In this document: piece by piece, positions 27,981-40,015 of the stretch
Position numbering within the stretch: the stretch's first letter is position 1
How the letters are laid out: the number at the start of each line of letters is the position of its first letter
Assembly: GCF_030013595.1 (NCBI RefSeq)
Contig: NZ_CP122768.1
Strand: one strand, 5' to 3'
DNA: 64,000 bases
DNA from: Escherichia coli
Lineage (GTDB): Bacteria > Pseudomonadota > Gammaproteobacteria > Enterobacterales > Enterobacteriaceae
Notes under the pieces: generated by a model
Database searches by the model: none
What the model was told of the DNA's origin: nothing
What the model saw: the letters and a program-made list of their open reading frames with translations, nothing else
Made by a program: the position numbers and the translations under genes

Positions 27981-29663
27981 ATGAAGTCTGCATTAAAGAA
28001 AAGTGTCGTAAGTACCTCGATATCTTTGATACTGGCATCTGGTATGGCTGCATTTGCTGCTCATGCGGCAGATGATGTAAAGCTGAAAGCAACCAAAACA
28101 AACGTTGCTTTCTCAGACTTTACGCCGACTGAATACAGTACCAAGGGAAAGCCAAATATTATCGTACTGACTATGGATGATCTTGGTTATGGACAACTTC
28201 CTTTTGATAAGGGATCTTTTGACCCAAAAACAATGGAAAATCGTGAAGTTGTCGATACCTACAAAATAGGGATAGATAAAGCCATTGAAGCTGCGCAAAA
28301 ATCAACGCCGACGCTCCTTTCATTAATGGATGAAGGCGTACGTTTTACTAACGGCTATGTGGCGCACGGTGTTTCCGGCCCCTCCCGCGCCGCAATAATG
28401 ACCGGTCGAGCGCCCGCCCGCTTTGGTGTCTATTCCAATACCGATGCTCAGGATGGTATTCCGCTAACAGAAACTTTCTTGCCTGAATTATTCCAGAATC
28501 ATGGTTATTACACTGCAGCAGTAGGTAAATGGCACTTGTCAAAAATCAGTAATGTGCCGGTACCGGAAGATAAACAAACGCGTGACTATCATGACAACTT
28601 CACCACATTTTCTGCGGAAGAATGGCAACCTCAAAACCGTGGCTTTGATTACTTTATGGGATTCCACGCTGCAGGAACGGCATATTACAACTCCCCTTCA
28701 CTGTTCAAAAACCGTGAACGCGTCCCCGCAAAAGGTTATATCAGCGATCAGTTAACCGATGAGGCAATTGGCGTTGTTGATCGTGCCAAAACACTTGACC
28801 AGCCTTTTATGCTTTACCTGGCTTATAATGCTCCGCACCTGCCAAATGATAATCCTGCACCGGAGCAATATCAGAAGCAATTTAATACTGGTAGTCAAAC
28901 AGCAGATAACTACTACGCTTCCGTTTATTCTGTTGATCAGGGTGTAAAACGCATTCTCGAACAACTGAAGAAGAACGGACAGTATGACAATACTATTATT
29001 CTCTTTACCTCCGATAATGGTGCGGTTATCGATGGTCCTCTGCCGCTGAACGGGGCGCAAAAAGGCTATAAGAGTCAGACCTATCCTGGCGGTACTCACA
29101 CCCCAATGTTTATGTGGTGGAAAGGAAAACTTCAACCCGGTAATTATGACAAGCTGATTTCCGCAATGGATTTCTACCCGACAGCTCTTGATGCAGCCGA
29201 TATCAGCATTCCAAAAGACCTTAAGCTGGATGGCGTTTCCTTGCTGCCCTGGTTGCAAGATAAGAAACAAGGTGAGCCACATAAAAATCTGACCTGGATA
29301 ACCTCTTATTCTCACTGGTTTGATGAGGAAAATATTCCCTTCTGGGATAATTACCACAAATTTGTCCGCCATCAGTCAGACGATTACCCGCATAACCCCA
29401 ACACCGAGGATTTAAGCCAATTCTCTTATACGGTGAGAAATAACGATTATTCGCTAGTCTATACAGTAGAAAACAATCAGTTAGGTCTCTACAAACTGAC
29501 GGATCTACAGCAAAAAGATAACCTTGCCTCCGCGAATCCGCAGGTCGTTAAAGAGATGCAAGGCGTGGTAAGAGAGTTTATCGACAACAGCCAGCCACCG
29601 CTTAGCGAGGTAAATCAGGAGAAGTTTAACAATATCAAGAAAGCACTAAGCGAAGCGAAATAA
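27981..29663 (+). CDS. ydeN: Sulfatase YdeN
   Basis: 560 aa from MKSALKK; signal peptide; sulfatase motif region …VSGPSRAAIMTGR… (site of the formylglycine-forming residue). Confidence 0.9.
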   Translation: MKSALKKSVVSTSISLILASGMAAFAAHAADDVKLKATKTNVAFSDFTPTEYSTKGKPNIIVLTMDDLGYGQLPFDKGSFDPKTMENREVVDTYKIGIDKAIEAAQKSTPTLLSLMDEGVRFTNGYVAHGVSGPSRAAIMTGRAPARFGVYSNTDAQDGIPLTETFLPELFQNHGYYTAAVGKWHLSKISNVPVPEDKQTRDYHDNFTTFSAEEWQPQNRGFDYFMGFHAAGTAYYNSPSLFKNRERVPAKGYISDQLTDEAIGVVDRAKTLDQPFMLYLAYNAPHLPNDNPAPEQYQKQFNTGSQTADNYYASVYSVDQGVKRILEQLKKNGQYDNTIILFTSDNGAVIDGPLPLNGAQKGYKSQTYPGGTHTPMFMWWKGKLQPGNYDKLISAMDFYPTALDAADISIPKDLKLDGVSLLPWLQDKKQGEPHKNLTWITSYSHWFDEENIPFWDNYHKFVRHQSDDYPHNPNTEDLSQFSYTVRNNDYSLVYTVENNQLGLYKLTDLQQKDNLASANPQVVKEMQGVVREFIDNSQPPLSEVNQEKFNNIKKALSEAK

Positions 29664-29675
29664 CTAAACCTTCAT

Positions 29676-29699
29676 GCGGCGGATTTTTCCGCCGCCTTA
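29676..29699 (+). other. Hairpin between ydeN and ydeM
   Basis: GCGGCGGA-tttt-TCCGCCGC stem-loop, weak U tract; 16 bp upstream of the ydeM start. Confidence 0.35.
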
Positions 29700-29714
29700 T
29701 TGAGCGAGATAGCG

Positions 29715-30872
29715 ATGCACGTTACAGCCAAGCCCTCCAGTTTTCAATGTAATCTCAAATGTGATTACTGTTTTTACCTTGAAAAAGAGTCGCAGTTTAC
29801 TCATGAAAAATGGATGGATGACAGCACTCTGAAAGAGTTCATCAAACAATATATCGCAGCGTCTGGCAATCAGGTCTATTTTACCTGGCAAGGCGGTGAA
29901 CCCACTCTGGCTGGCCTGGATTTTTTCCGTAAAGTTATTCACTATCAACAACGCTATGCCGGCCAAAAACGAATTTTTAATGCATTACAAACGAATGGCA
30001 TTTTATTGAATAATGAATGGTGTGCCTTTCTCAAAGAACATGAGTTTCTGGTTGGTATCTCGATCGATGGCCCCCAGGAGCTACATGACCGCTACAGACG
30101 CAGTAATTCAGGTAACGGTACTTTTGCAAAAGTGATAGCAGCCATCGAGCGTCTGAAATCATATCAAATAGAGTTTAATACGTTAACCGTCATTAATAAC
30201 ATTAATGTCCATTACCCTCTTGAGGTTTATCATTTTTTAAAATCTATCGGCAGTAAACATATGCAATTTATCGAATTGCTCGAAACCGGGACGCCGAATA
30301 TTGATTTCAGTGGTCATAGTGAGAACACATTCCGTATCATTGATTTTTCTGTGCCTCCTACGGCTTATGGCAAGTTTATGTCGACCATTTTTATGCAATG
30401 GGTTAAAAACGATGTGGGTGAAATTTTCATCCGTCAGTTTGAAAGCTTTGCCAGCCGTTTTTTGGGGAATGGGCATACCAGTTGTATTTTCCAGGAGTCC
30501 TGCAAGGATAATCTGGTTGTTGAAAGTAATGGAGACATTTACGAATGCGACCATTTTGTCTATCCACAGTACAAAATTGGAAACATTAATAAATCTGAAC
30601 TTAAAACGATGAACAGTGTACAACTGACAGCGCAAAAAAAACGGATTTCAGCGAAATGTCAGCAATGTGCATATAAACCTATCTGCAATGGCGGTTGCCC
30701 TAAGCATCGTATTACTAAAGTAAACAATGAGACTGTTTCCTATTTTTGCGAAGGTTATAAAATCCTTTTTTCAACCATGGTACCTTATATGAACGCCATG
30801 GTGGAGTTAGCCAAGAACAGAGTACCGCTTTACCACATCATGGATGTTGCAAGACAAATGGAGAATAATTAA
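29715..30872 (+). CDS. ydeM: Anaerobic sulfatase-maturating radical SAM enzyme YdeM
   Basis: 385 aa from MHVTAKPSS; CxxxCxxC radical-SAM motif (CNLKCDYC) and C-terminal Cys clusters. Confidence 0.9.
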   Translation: MHVTAKPSSFQCNLKCDYCFYLEKESQFTHEKWMDDSTLKEFIKQYIAASGNQVYFTWQGGEPTLAGLDFFRKVIHYQQRYAGQKRIFNALQTNGILLNNEWCAFLKEHEFLVGISIDGPQELHDRYRRSNSGNGTFAKVIAAIERLKSYQIEFNTLTVINNINVHYPLEVYHFLKSIGSKHMQFIELLETGTPNIDFSGHSENTFRIIDFSVPPTAYGKFMSTIFMQWVKNDVGEIFIRQFESFASRFLGNGHTSCIFQESCKDNLVVESNGDIYECDHFVYPQYKIGNINKSELKTMNSVQLTAQKKRISAKCQQCAYKPICNGGCPKHRITKVNNETVSYFCEGYKILFSTMVPYMNAMVELAKNRVPLYHIMDVARQMENN

Positions 30873-31162
30873 TAACGCTCCCTCTTTGCTCCAGTCTTAG
30901 CTTCGTTCTTATGGCCTTAACAAGACACCCGACATAAATTACTGTTGGGTGTTTCGTCATCATCATCTTCCCTTGCGAAAATTCTGACTTACGTGGTATG
31001 CGTCAGGGCATTAGCAATACCCTTGATTATCAATAGCATAACCATAACCACTGAAAATTAAAAAATTCTTTATATTTCATATTGTTAAATGATACTTAAA
31101 TAAATTTCATCAGTAAATCATTGCCATAGATAATCATTGGATGGCACAATCAATTTTCGCTA

Positions 31163-32848
31163 ATGATAACCATTCCCATTACGTTTCGTATGTTGATAGC
31201 AAAGTATCTCTGTCTGCTGAAGCCCTTTTGGCTGCGTAAGAATAATAAAACTTCAGTGCTGTTAATCATTATTATCCTCGCCATGATCCTTGGCGTTGTT
31301 AAAATTCAGGTCTGGTTAAACGACTGGAATAATGATTTTTTCAATGCGCTAAGCCAGAAAGAAACCGATAAGCTTTGGCAGCTTGTTCTTTGGTTCCCTG
31401 CCCTGCTGGGGATCTTTGTATTAATATCCGTAAACAAAACATGGTTAATTAAACTACTGACAATTCGCTGGCGCGAATGGTTAACAGATTACTACCTTAA
31501 TCGCTGGTTTGCAGATAAAAACTACTACTTCACGCAGATCTACGGTGAGCATAAAAATACAGATAACCCTGACCAACGTATCGCTGAAGACATTCTCTTA
31601 CTGATCAGCAAAACGCTCAGCCTTTCATTTGGCTTCATCCAGTCACTTAGCATGCTGATCACCTTTACCGTTATTCTTTGGCAAAGCGCGGGTACGCTCT
31701 CATTCACTGTTGGTGGAACTGAATGGAATATCCAGGGGTATATGGTCTATACCGTCGTGCTCATTGTGATCGGTGGAACTTTATTTACCCATAAGGTTGG
31801 CAAACGTATTCGTCCGCTTAATGTGGAAAAACAACGTAGCGAAGCGACATTTCGAACTAATCTTGTGCAGCATAATAAGCAGGCAGAACTGATTGCGCTA
31901 AGCAATGCTGAGTCTTTACAACGCCAGGAGTTGAGCGACAATTTTCATACCATTAAAGAGAACTGGCATCGTTTAATGAATCGTCAGCGCTGGCTTGATT
32001 ACTGGCAGAATATTTATTCGCGCTCGCTTAGCGTTCTTCCCTACTTTCTGTTATTGCCACAGTTTATTAGCGGACAGATCAATCTGGGCGGACTGATGAA
32101 ATCGCGCCAGGCATTTATGCTGGTATCGAACAATTTAAGCTGGTTTATTTATAAATATGACGAACTCGCTGAACTGGCTGCGGTTATCGATCGCTTGTAT
32201 GAGTTCCATCAACTCACCGAACAGCGCCCTACGAATAAGCCAAAAAATTGCCAACATGCGGTTCAAGTGGCTGACGCGAGTATTCGTACTCCTGATAATA
32301 AGGTTATATTAGAGAACCTGAACTTTCATGTTTCGCCAGGCAAATGGCTCTTACTGAAAGGTTACTCTGGTGCGGGAAAAACCACACTGCTTAAAACATT
32401 ATCCCACTGCTGGCCGTGGTTTAAAGGTGATATTTCGTCTCCTGCTGACAGTTGGTATGTGTCACAAACACCGTTAATCAAAACCGGCTTACTGAAAGAG
32501 ATAATTTGTAAAGCACTTCCCTTGTCCGTAGACGATAAATCGTTGAGCGAAGTACTGCATCAGGTTGGTCTGGGGAAATTGGCTGCGCGTATTCATGACC
32601 ACGATCGCTGGGGAGATATTCTTTCCAGCGGCGAAAAACAACGTATCGCCCTGGCACGATTAATTTTACGACGTCCGAAATGGATATTTCTTGACGAAAC
32701 TACCTCTCATCTTGAGGAACAAGAGGCTATCCGCTTACTGCGTTTAGTGCGTGAAAAACTACCCACAAGCGGCGTCATTATGGTTACACATCAACCCGGT
32801 GTCTGGAACCTGGCTGATGATATTTGTGACATTAGCGCGGTTTTATAA
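31163..32848 (+). CDS. yddA: ABC transporter fused permease/ATPase YddA
   Basis: 561 aa; N-terminal TM segments plus C-terminal ABC ATPase (GYSGAGKTT Walker A, LSSGEKQR signature). Confidence 0.9.
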   Translation: MITIPITFRMLIAKYLCLLKPFWLRKNNKTSVLLIIIILAMILGVVKIQVWLNDWNNDFFNALSQKETDKLWQLVLWFPALLGIFVLISVNKTWLIKLLTIRWREWLTDYYLNRWFADKNYYFTQIYGEHKNTDNPDQRIAEDILLLISKTLSLSFGFIQSLSMLITFTVILWQSAGTLSFTVGGTEWNIQGYMVYTVVLIVIGGTLFTHKVGKRIRPLNVEKQRSEATFRTNLVQHNKQAELIALSNAESLQRQELSDNFHTIKENWHRLMNRQRWLDYWQNIYSRSLSVLPYFLLLPQFISGQINLGGLMKSRQAFMLVSNNLSWFIYKYDELAELAAVIDRLYEFHQLTEQRPTNKPKNCQHAVQVADASIRTPDNKVILENLNFHVSPGKWLLLKGYSGAGKTTLLKTLSHCWPWFKGDISSPADSWYVSQTPLIKTGLLKEIICKALPLSVDDKSLSEVLHQVGLGKLAARIHDHDRWGDILSSGEKQRIALARLILRRPKWIFLDETTSHLEEQEAIRLLRLVREKLPTSGVIMVTHQPGVWNLADDICDISAVL

Positions 32849-32885
32849 AAACAATAAAAGCCCTGCTGTACGGAGATAAAAATAA

Positions 32886-35258
32886 ATGAAGCGAGTTCTT
32901 ATTCCTGGCGTCATTTTATGTGGCGCTGATGTGGCGCAGGCCGTCGATGACAAAAACATGTACATGCATGTTTTTGAAGAGATGACGGTCTATGCTCCTG
33001 TCCCTGTACCCGTAAACGGCAATACGCATTACACCAGTGAAAGCATCGAGCGTTTACCGACCGGGAATGGCAATATCAGCGATCTGCTGAGAACCAACCC
33101 TGCTGTGCGCATGGATTCAACGCAAAGTACCTCGTTGAACTAGGGAGATATTCGCCCGGAGAAAATCTCTATTCACGGTGCGTCGCCCTACCAGAATGCC
33201 TATTTGATTGATGGTATTAGTGCAACTAATAACCTGAACCCAGCGAATGAGTCCGATGCCAGTAGTGCAACCAATATTAGCGGGATGTCACAGGGGTATT
33301 ATCTAGATGTCAGCTTACTTGACAATGTGACGCTTTATGACAGTTTTGTGCCGGTTGAATTTGGTCGCTTCAATGGCGGGGTAATTGATGCAAAGATCAA
33401 ACGCTTCAATGCTGATGATAGCAGCGTGAAACTGGGTTATCGCACTACGCGTTCGGACTGGTTAACATCGCATATCGATGAGAATAACAAGAGCGCATTT
33501 AATCAAGGTTCTTCAGGAAGTACTTATTACTCTCCAGATTTTAAAAAGAACTTTTATACCTTGTCGTTTAATCAGGAACTGGCTGATAACTTCGGCGTTA
33601 CCGCCGGTTTATCGCGCCGCCAGTCTGATATCACCCGCGCGGATTATGTTTCGAATGACGGCATTGTCGCCGGTCGGGCACAGTATAAAAACGTTATCGA
33701 TACCGCAGTGAGCAAATTTACCTGGTTTGCCAGCGACCGCTTTACCCACGATTTAACATTAAAATATACCGGCTCCAGTCGTGATTATAATACCAGCACC
33801 TTCCCGCAGTCTGATCGTGAAATGGGTAATAAATCCTACGGTCTGGCATGGGATATGGATACGCAGCTCGCAAGGGCCAAACTACGTACCACCGTTGGTT
33901 GGGATCATATTAGTGATTATACCCGTCACGATCATGACATCTGGTACACCGAACTTTCATGTACATATGGTGATATTACAGGGCGTTGCACCCGTGGCGG
34001 ATTAGGACACATTTCCCAGGCTGTAGATAATTACACCTTCAAAACACGCCTGGACTGGCAAAAATTCACCGTGGGTAATGTTTCGCATCAACCCTACTTC
34101 GGCGCGGAATACATCTATTCCGATGCATGGACTGAACGCCATAACCAGTCTGAATCCTATGTGATTAATGCTGCCGGAAAGAAAACTAACCATACCATTT
34201 ACCATAAAGGTAAAGGCAGCCTGGGAATTGACAACTACACGCTGTATATGGCGGATCGCATTAGCTGGCGTAATGTGTCATTAATGCCCGGCGTGCGGTA
34301 TGACTATGACAACTATCTGTCAAACCACAATATCTCCCCGCGCTTTATGACGGAATGGGATATTTTTGCTGATCAAACCTCAATGATTACCGCCGGTTAT
34401 AACCGTTACTATGGCGGGAATATTCTTGATATGGGATTACGTGATATCCGCAATAGCTGGACGGAATCGGTATCAGGAAATAAAACCCTGACGCGTTATC
34501 AGGATTTGAAAACACCTTATAACGATGAACTGGCAATGGGGTTGCAGCAGAAAATCGGTAAGAACGTTATTGCGCGTGCAAACTATGTTTATCGTGAAGC
34601 GCATGATCAAATCAGTAAAAGCAGTCGTACCGACAGCGCGACTAAAACCACCATTACTGAATATAACAACGACGGCAAAACCAAAACGCATTCGTTCAAC
34701 CTCAGTTTTGAACTGGCCGAACCCCTGCATATCAGCCAGGTAGATATTAACCCGCAAATTGTCTTTAGCTATATCAAGAGCAAGGGCAACTTGTCGTTAA
34801 ACAATGGTTATGAGGAAAGCAATACCGGCGATAACCAGGTGGTTTATAACGGTAATCTGGTCTCTTACGATAGCGTTCCAGTGGCAGATTTTAATAACCC
34901 ATTAAAGATCTCCTTAAACATGGATTTCACGCATCAACCGAGCGGGTTGGTGTGGGCGAATACGCTGGCCTGGCAAGAAGCGCGTAAAGCTCGCATTATC
35001 CTGGGTAAGACGAATGCGCAATACATCAGCGAATATTCAGATTACAAGCAGTATGTTGACGAAAAACTGGATAGCAGCCTGACCTGGGACACCCGCTTGT
35101 CCTGGACGCCACAATTTCTGAAACAACAAAACCTGACGATCAGTGCCGATATTCTCAATGTACTGGATAGCAAAACCGCGGTTGATACAACGAATACCGG
35201 TGTGGCGACCTACGCCAGTGGCCGTACTTTCTGGCTTGATGTCAGCATGAAATTTTAA
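32886..35258 (+). pseudogene. yddB: TonB-dependent outer-membrane receptor YddB interrupted by an in-frame amber codon
   Basis: N-terminal 85-aa ORF (signal peptide) ends at a stop at 33141-33143; the same frame continues (GDIRPEKISIHGASPYQNAYLIDG…) into the 684-aa ORF 33204-35258. Single in-frame nonsense codon rather than a frameshift. Confidence 0.8.
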
Positions 35259-35302
35259 TAGTTCGGATTTTACTTAACCGGGTAAATTTGCCCGGTTTTC
35301 GC

Positions 35303-38098
35303 ATGGAGATAATTATGAGAAACCTCTGTTTCTTACTGACGTTAGTGGCAACTCTGTTGCTCCCCGGGCGACTGATTGCCGCCGCCTTACCGCAGGATGA
35401 AAAGTTAATTACCGGGCAACTGGACAATGGCTTGCGATATATGATTTATCCGCATGCTCAACCAAAGGATCAGGTAAATTTATGGCTGCAAATTCATACG
35501 GGTTCATTGCAGGAAGAAGACAATGAGCGCGGCGTGGCTCATTTTGTAGAACATATGATGTTTAACGGCACAAAAACATGGCCGGGTAATAAAGTCATCG
35601 AAACATTTGAGTCAATGGGCCTGCGCTTTGGTCGCGATGTTAATGCCTATACCAGCTATGACGAAACGGTGTATCAGGTAAGTTTGCCGACTACGCAGAA
35701 ACAAAATCTGCAACAAGTGATGGCAATATTCAGTGAATGGGGTAATGCCGCAACCTTTGATAAACTCGAAGTAGACGCTGAACGCGGCGTAATTACTGAG
35801 GAATGGCGTGCCCATCAGGATGCGAAATGGCGCACCTCTCAGGCGCGCCGCCCTTTCCTGCTGGCAAATACCCGTAATTTAGAGCGTGAACCTATCGGCC
35901 TGATGGATACTGTCGCCACGGTCACACCGGCACAATTGCGCCAATTTTATCAACGCTGGTATCAACCAAATAATATGACCTTTATCGTGGTCGGCGATAT
36001 CGACAGTAAAGAAGCGCTGGCGCTGATTAAGGATAATTTAAGTAAGCTTCCGGCTAACAAAGCAGCTGAAAATCGCGTCTGGCCGACAAAAGCCGAAAAT
36101 CACCTGCGCTTTAATATCATTAATGATAAAGAAAACCGGGTGAACGGCATCGCACTCTATTATCGCCTGCCAATGGTACAAGTGAACGATGAGCAAAGCT
36201 TTATCGAACAAGCTGAATGGAGCATGTTAGTTCAGCTGTTCAATCAACGTCTGCAGGAACGCATACAGTCGGGCGAGTTGAAGACTATTTCTGGCGGCAC
36301 TGCGCGCAGCGTTAAAATTGCACCCGATTATCAGTCGCTGTTTTTCCGTGTAAATGCACGAGACGATAATATGCAGGATGCTGCGAATGCATTAATGGCA
36401 GAGTTGGCAACTATTGATCAGCATGGTTTTTCTGCTGAAGAACTCGATGATGTCAAATCTACCCGCCTCACCTGGCTGAAAAATGCGGTTGATCAGCAAG
36501 CTGAACGTGATTTACGTATGCTGACCAGTCGCCTGGCATCCAGCTCATTAAATAATACGCCGTTCTTGTCGCCGGAAGAGACATATCAACTTTCGAAACG
36601 TCTGTGGCAGCAAATTACCGTGCAAAGTCTGGCGGAAAAATGGCAGCAGTTAAGAAAGAACCAGGATGCATTTTGGGAGCAAATGGTAAAAAATGAGGTT
36701 GCTGCCAAAAAAGCATTGTCTCCTGCGGCTATCCTGGCGCTGGAAAAAGAGTACGCCAACAAAAAGCTGGCGGCTTACATCTTCCCAGGCAGAAATTTAT
36801 CGTTAACAGTAGACGCTGACCCACAGGCGGAAATTAGCAGCAAAGAAACGCTGGCTGAGAATCTGACATCATTAACACTTTCCAATGGTGCCAGGGTTAT
36901 TCTGGCAAAATCCGCGGGTGAAGAGCAAAAGCTACAAATTACTGCCGTATCTAATAAAGGCGATTTAAGTTTCCCTGCGCAGCAAAAATCACTTATCGCG
37001 CTGGCAAATAAAGCAGTAAGCGGAAGCGGCGTTGGTGAACTCTCCTCTTCCAGCCTGAAACGCTGGAGTGCGGAAAACTCGGTAACCATGAGCAGTAAAG
37101 TCAGTGGCATGAATACGTTGCTCTCCGTTAGCGCGCGGGCTAATAACCCTGAACCTGGTTTCCAGTTGATTAACCAGCGAATCCCCCACAGCACGATTAA
37201 CAACAATATTTGGGCATCGCTACAAAATGCTCAAATTCAGGCGTTGAAAACGCTCGACCAGCGTCCAGCGGAGAAATTCGCCCAGCAGATGTATGAGACG
37301 CGCTATGCTGATGACCGCACGAAATTACTGCAAGAAAATCAGATTGCACAGTTTACTGCCGCAGATGCGCTGGCTGCCGATCGCCAGTTGTTTTCATCTC
37401 CAGCGGATATCACGTTTGTCATTGTCGGTAATGTCGCAGAAGACAAACTCGTGGCGTTAATTACGCGTTACTTAGGATCAATCAAACACTCTGATTCGCC
37501 ATTAGCCGCAGGTAAACCATTAACTCGCGCGACGGACAACGCATCGGTTACTGTAAAAGAACAAAATGAACCTGTGGCACAGGTTTCACAGTGGAAGCGT
37601 TATGATTCCCGGACACCGGTTAATCTGGCGACGCGTATGGCGCTCGATGCTTTTAACGTCGCACTGGCAAAAGATCTACGCATTAATATTCGTGAACAGG
37701 CCTCTGGGGCATACAGCGTTTCTTCTCGCCTCTCGGTTGATCCTCAGGCCAAAGATATCAGTCATTTGCTGGCTTTTACTTGTCAACCGGAACGACATGA
37801 TGAACTGTTAACGTTAGCGAATGAAGTGATGGTTAAGCGTCTGGCTAAAGGGATCAGTGAGCAAGAACTGAACGAATACCAGCAAAACGTTCAGCGCAGC
37901 CTCGATATCCAACAGCGTAGCGTTCAACAATTAGCGAACACCATTGTAAATAGTCTTATTCAATATGACGATCCTGCAGCATGGACTGAGCAGGAGCAAT
38001 TGTTGAAACAAATGACGGTAGAGAATGTTAACACTGCCGTTAAACAATATCTTTCTCATCCGGTGAATACCTATACCGGAGTATTATTGCCAAAATAA
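35303..38098 (+). CDS. pqqL: Periplasmic M16-family zinc protease PqqL
   Basis: About 931 aa; HFVEH inverted zinc-binding motif; signal peptide; K-12 synteny. Start 35303 (MEIIM) versus 35315 (MRNL) not resolved. Confidence 0.9.
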   Translation: MEIIMRNLCFLLTLVATLLLPGRLIAAALPQDEKLITGQLDNGLRYMIYPHAQPKDQVNLWLQIHTGSLQEEDNERGVAHFVEHMMFNGTKTWPGNKVIETFESMGLRFGRDVNAYTSYDETVYQVSLPTTQKQNLQQVMAIFSEWGNAATFDKLEVDAERGVITEEWRAHQDAKWRTSQARRPFLLANTRNLEREPIGLMDTVATVTPAQLRQFYQRWYQPNNMTFIVVGDIDSKEALALIKDNLSKLPANKAAENRVWPTKAENHLRFNIINDKENRVNGIALYYRLPMVQVNDEQSFIEQAEWSMLVQLFNQRLQERIQSGELKTISGGTARSVKIAPDYQSLFFRVNARDDNMQDAANALMAELATIDQHGFSAEELDDVKSTRLTWLKNAVDQQAERDLRMLTSRLASSSLNNTPFLSPEETYQLSKRLWQQITVQSLAEKWQQLRKNQDAFWEQMVKNEVAAKKALSPAAILALEKEYANKKLAAYIFPGRNLSLTVDADPQAEISSKETLAENLTSLTLSNGARVILAKSAGEEQKLQITAVSNKGDLSFPAQQKSLIALANKAVSGSGVGELSSSSLKRWSAENSVTMSSKVSGMNTLLSVSARANNPEPGFQLINQRIPHSTINNNIWASLQNAQIQALKTLDQRPAEKFAQQMYETRYADDRTKLLQENQIAQFTAADALAADRQLFSSPADITFVIVGNVAEDKLVALITRYLGSIKHSDSPLAAGKPLTRATDNASVTVKEQNEPVAQVSQWKRYDSRTPVNLATRMALDAFNVALAKDLRINIREQASGAYSVSSRLSVDPQAKDISHLLAFTCQPERHDELLTLANEVMVKRLAKGISEQELNEYQQNVQRSLDIQQRSVQQLANTIVNSLIQYDDPAAWTEQEQLLKQMTVENVNTAVKQYLSHPVNTYTGVLLPK

Positions 38099-38360
38099 TA
38101 ACAGCCCCGTCAACACCTCGTTGGCGGGGATTTTAGCAATATTCGCTATTTTTATGTAATAATTTTATAAATGCGTTCAAAATAATAACCAAGTACTAAT
38201 AGTGATATTTTAAGGACTGATTTTTACGTGATAATTCAGGAGGCGTAGAAAGCGCATAAAAATAACAACATAAAACACTTTACCACCACCAAAAAATTCT
38301 CTATTGCATTGTTTTTTAATGAAAAAGCATTATTCTCGTAATATTTCACGATAAATAACA

Positions 38361-38380
38361 TTAGGATTTTGTTATTTAAA
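38361..38380 (+). promoter_or_regulatory. GAD box (GadE/GadX-RcsB binding site) upstream of gadB
   Basis: Exact TTAGGATTTTGTTATTTAAA, the 20-bp gad box as I recall it, ~80 bp upstream of the gadB start. Confidence 0.7.
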
Positions 38381-38459
38381 CCCGAGTCCTTTGCACTTGC
38401 TTACTTTATCGATAAATCCTACTTTTTTAATGCGATCCAATCATTTTAAGGAGTTTAAA

Positions 38460-39860
38460 ATGGATAAGAAGCAAGTAACGGATTTAAGGTCGGAACTACT
38501 CGATTCACGTTTTGGTGCGAAGTCTATTTCCACTATCGCAGAATCAAAACGATTTCCGCTGCACGAAATGCGCGATGATGTCGCATTCCAGATTATCAAT
38601 GACGAATTATATCTTGATGGCAACGCTCGTCAGAACCTGGCCACTTTCTGCCAGACCTGGGACGACGAAAATGTCCATAAGTTGATGGATTTATCCATTA
38701 ACAAAAACTGGATCGACAAAGAAGAATATCCGCAATCTGCAGCAATCGACCTGCGTTGCGTAAACATGGTTGCCGATCTGTGGCATGCGCCTGCGCCGAA
38801 AAATGGTCAGGCCGTTGGCACCAACACCATTGGTTCTTCCGAGGCCTGTATGCTCGGCGGGATGGCGATGAAATGGCGTTGGCGCAAGCGTATGGAAGCT
38901 GCAGGCAAACCAACGGATAAACCAAACCTGGTGTGCGGTCCGGTGCAAATCTGCTGGCATAAATTCGCCCGCTACTGGGATGTGGAGCTGCGTGAGATCC
39001 CTATGCGCCCCGGTCAGTTGTTTATGGACCCGAAACGCATGATTGAAGCCTGCGACGAAAACACCATCGGCGTGGTGCCGACTTTCGGCGTGACCTACAC
39101 CGGTAACTATGAGTTCCCGCAACCGCTGCACGATGCGCTGGATAAATTCCAGGCCGACACCGGTATCGACATCGACATGCACATCGACGCCGCCAGCGGT
39201 GGCTTCCTGGCACCGTTCGTCGCCCCGGATATCGTCTGGGACTTCCGCCTGCCGCGTGTGAAATCGATCAGTGCTTCAGGCCATAAATTCGGTCTGGCTC
39301 CGCTGGGCTGCGGCTGGGTTATCTGGCGTGATGAAGAAGCGCTGCCGCAGGAACTGGTGTTCAACGTTGACTACCTCGGTGGTCAGATTGGGACTTTCGC
39401 CATCAACTTCTCCCGCCCGGCGGGTCAGGTAATTGCACAGTACTATGAATTCCTGCGCCTCGGTCGTGAAGGCTATACCAAAGTACAGAACGCCTCTTAC
39501 CAGGTTGCCGCTTATCTGGCGGATGAAATCGCCAAACTGGGGCCGTATGAGTTCATCTGTACCGGTCGCCCGGACGAAGGCATCCCGGCGGTTTGCTTCA
39601 AACTGAAAGATGGTGAAGATCCGGGATACACCCTGTACGACCTCTCTGAACGTCTGCGTCTGCGCGGCTGGCAGGTTCCGGCCTTCACTCTTGGCGGTGA
39701 AGCTACCGACATCGTGGTGATGCGCATTATGTGTCGTCGCGGCTTCGAAATGGACTTTGCTGAACTGTTGCTGGAAGACTACAAAGCCTCCCTGAAATAT
39801 CTCAGCGACCACCCGAAACTGCAGGGTATTGCCCAGCAGAACAGCTTTAAACATACCTGA
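38460..39860 (+). CDS. gadB: Glutamate decarboxylase beta
   Basis: 466 aa from [26 protein letters not shown]-dependent decarboxylase; identified as gadB rather than gadA by gadC immediately downstream. Confidence 0.95.
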   Translation: MDKKQVTDLRSELLDSRFGAKSISTIAESKRFPLHEMRDDVAFQIINDELYLDGNARQNLATFCQTWDDENVHKLMDLSINKNWIDKEEYPQSAAIDLRCVNMVADLWHAPAPKNGQAVGTNTIGSSEACMLGGMAMKWRWRKRMEAAGKPTDKPNLVCGPVQICWHKFARYWDVELREIPMRPGQLFMDPKRMIEACDENTIGVVPTFGVTYTGNYEFPQPLHDALDKFQADTGIDIDMHIDAASGGFLAPFVAPDIVWDFRLPRVKSISASGHKFGLAPLGCGWVIWRDEEALPQELVFNVDYLGGQIGTFAINFSRPAGQVIAQYYEFLRLGREGYTKVQNASYQVAAYLADEIAKLGPYEFICTGRPDEGIPAVCFKLKDGEDPGYTLYDLSERLRLRGWQVPAFTLGGEATDIVVMRIMCRRGFEMDFAELLLEDYKASLKYLSDHPKLQGIAQQNSFKHT

Positions 39861-39880
39861 TAACGTTTAACGGTAACGGT

Positions 39881-39913
39881 GTCCCGAAACGAACCCGTTT
39901 CGGGACAATTTCC
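39881..39913 (+). terminator. Hairpin/terminator between gadB and gadC
   Basis: Perfect 10-bp stem GTCCCGAAAC / GTTTCGGGAC with 6-nt loop, followed by AATTTCC. Confidence 0.55.
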
Positions 39914-40015
39914 AAAGTCTGTTCACTGGCATTAGCAACGGAAAATATTGTTCTGAATACGCTTCAGAACAAAACAGGTGCGGTTCCGACAGGAATACCG
40001 TTTTAGGGGGATAAT

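Noticed and set aside
28752-29372. 206-aa minus-strand ORF antisense to ydeN, and comparable antisense ORFs inside pqqL (36775-37206), gadC (40714-41203), ddpB (49703-50197), maeA (55721-56173) and the CMD gene (15294-15662)
   Set aside because: All overlap confidently identified genes on the other strand and show no domain signatures; treated as spurious.
38391-38459. N-terminal extension of the gadB ORF (and similar extensions for ddpA, maeA, adhP, yddM, fdnI, ydeN, ydeM, safA, dosP)
   Set aside because: The ORF track takes the most upstream start; the known protein N-termini and RBS positions support the internal starts used in the feature list.
38691-39854. Minus-strand ORFs (163 aa and 192 aa) antisense to gadB
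   Set aside because: Antisense to a highly conserved gene; Arg/Cys-rich nonsense composition.
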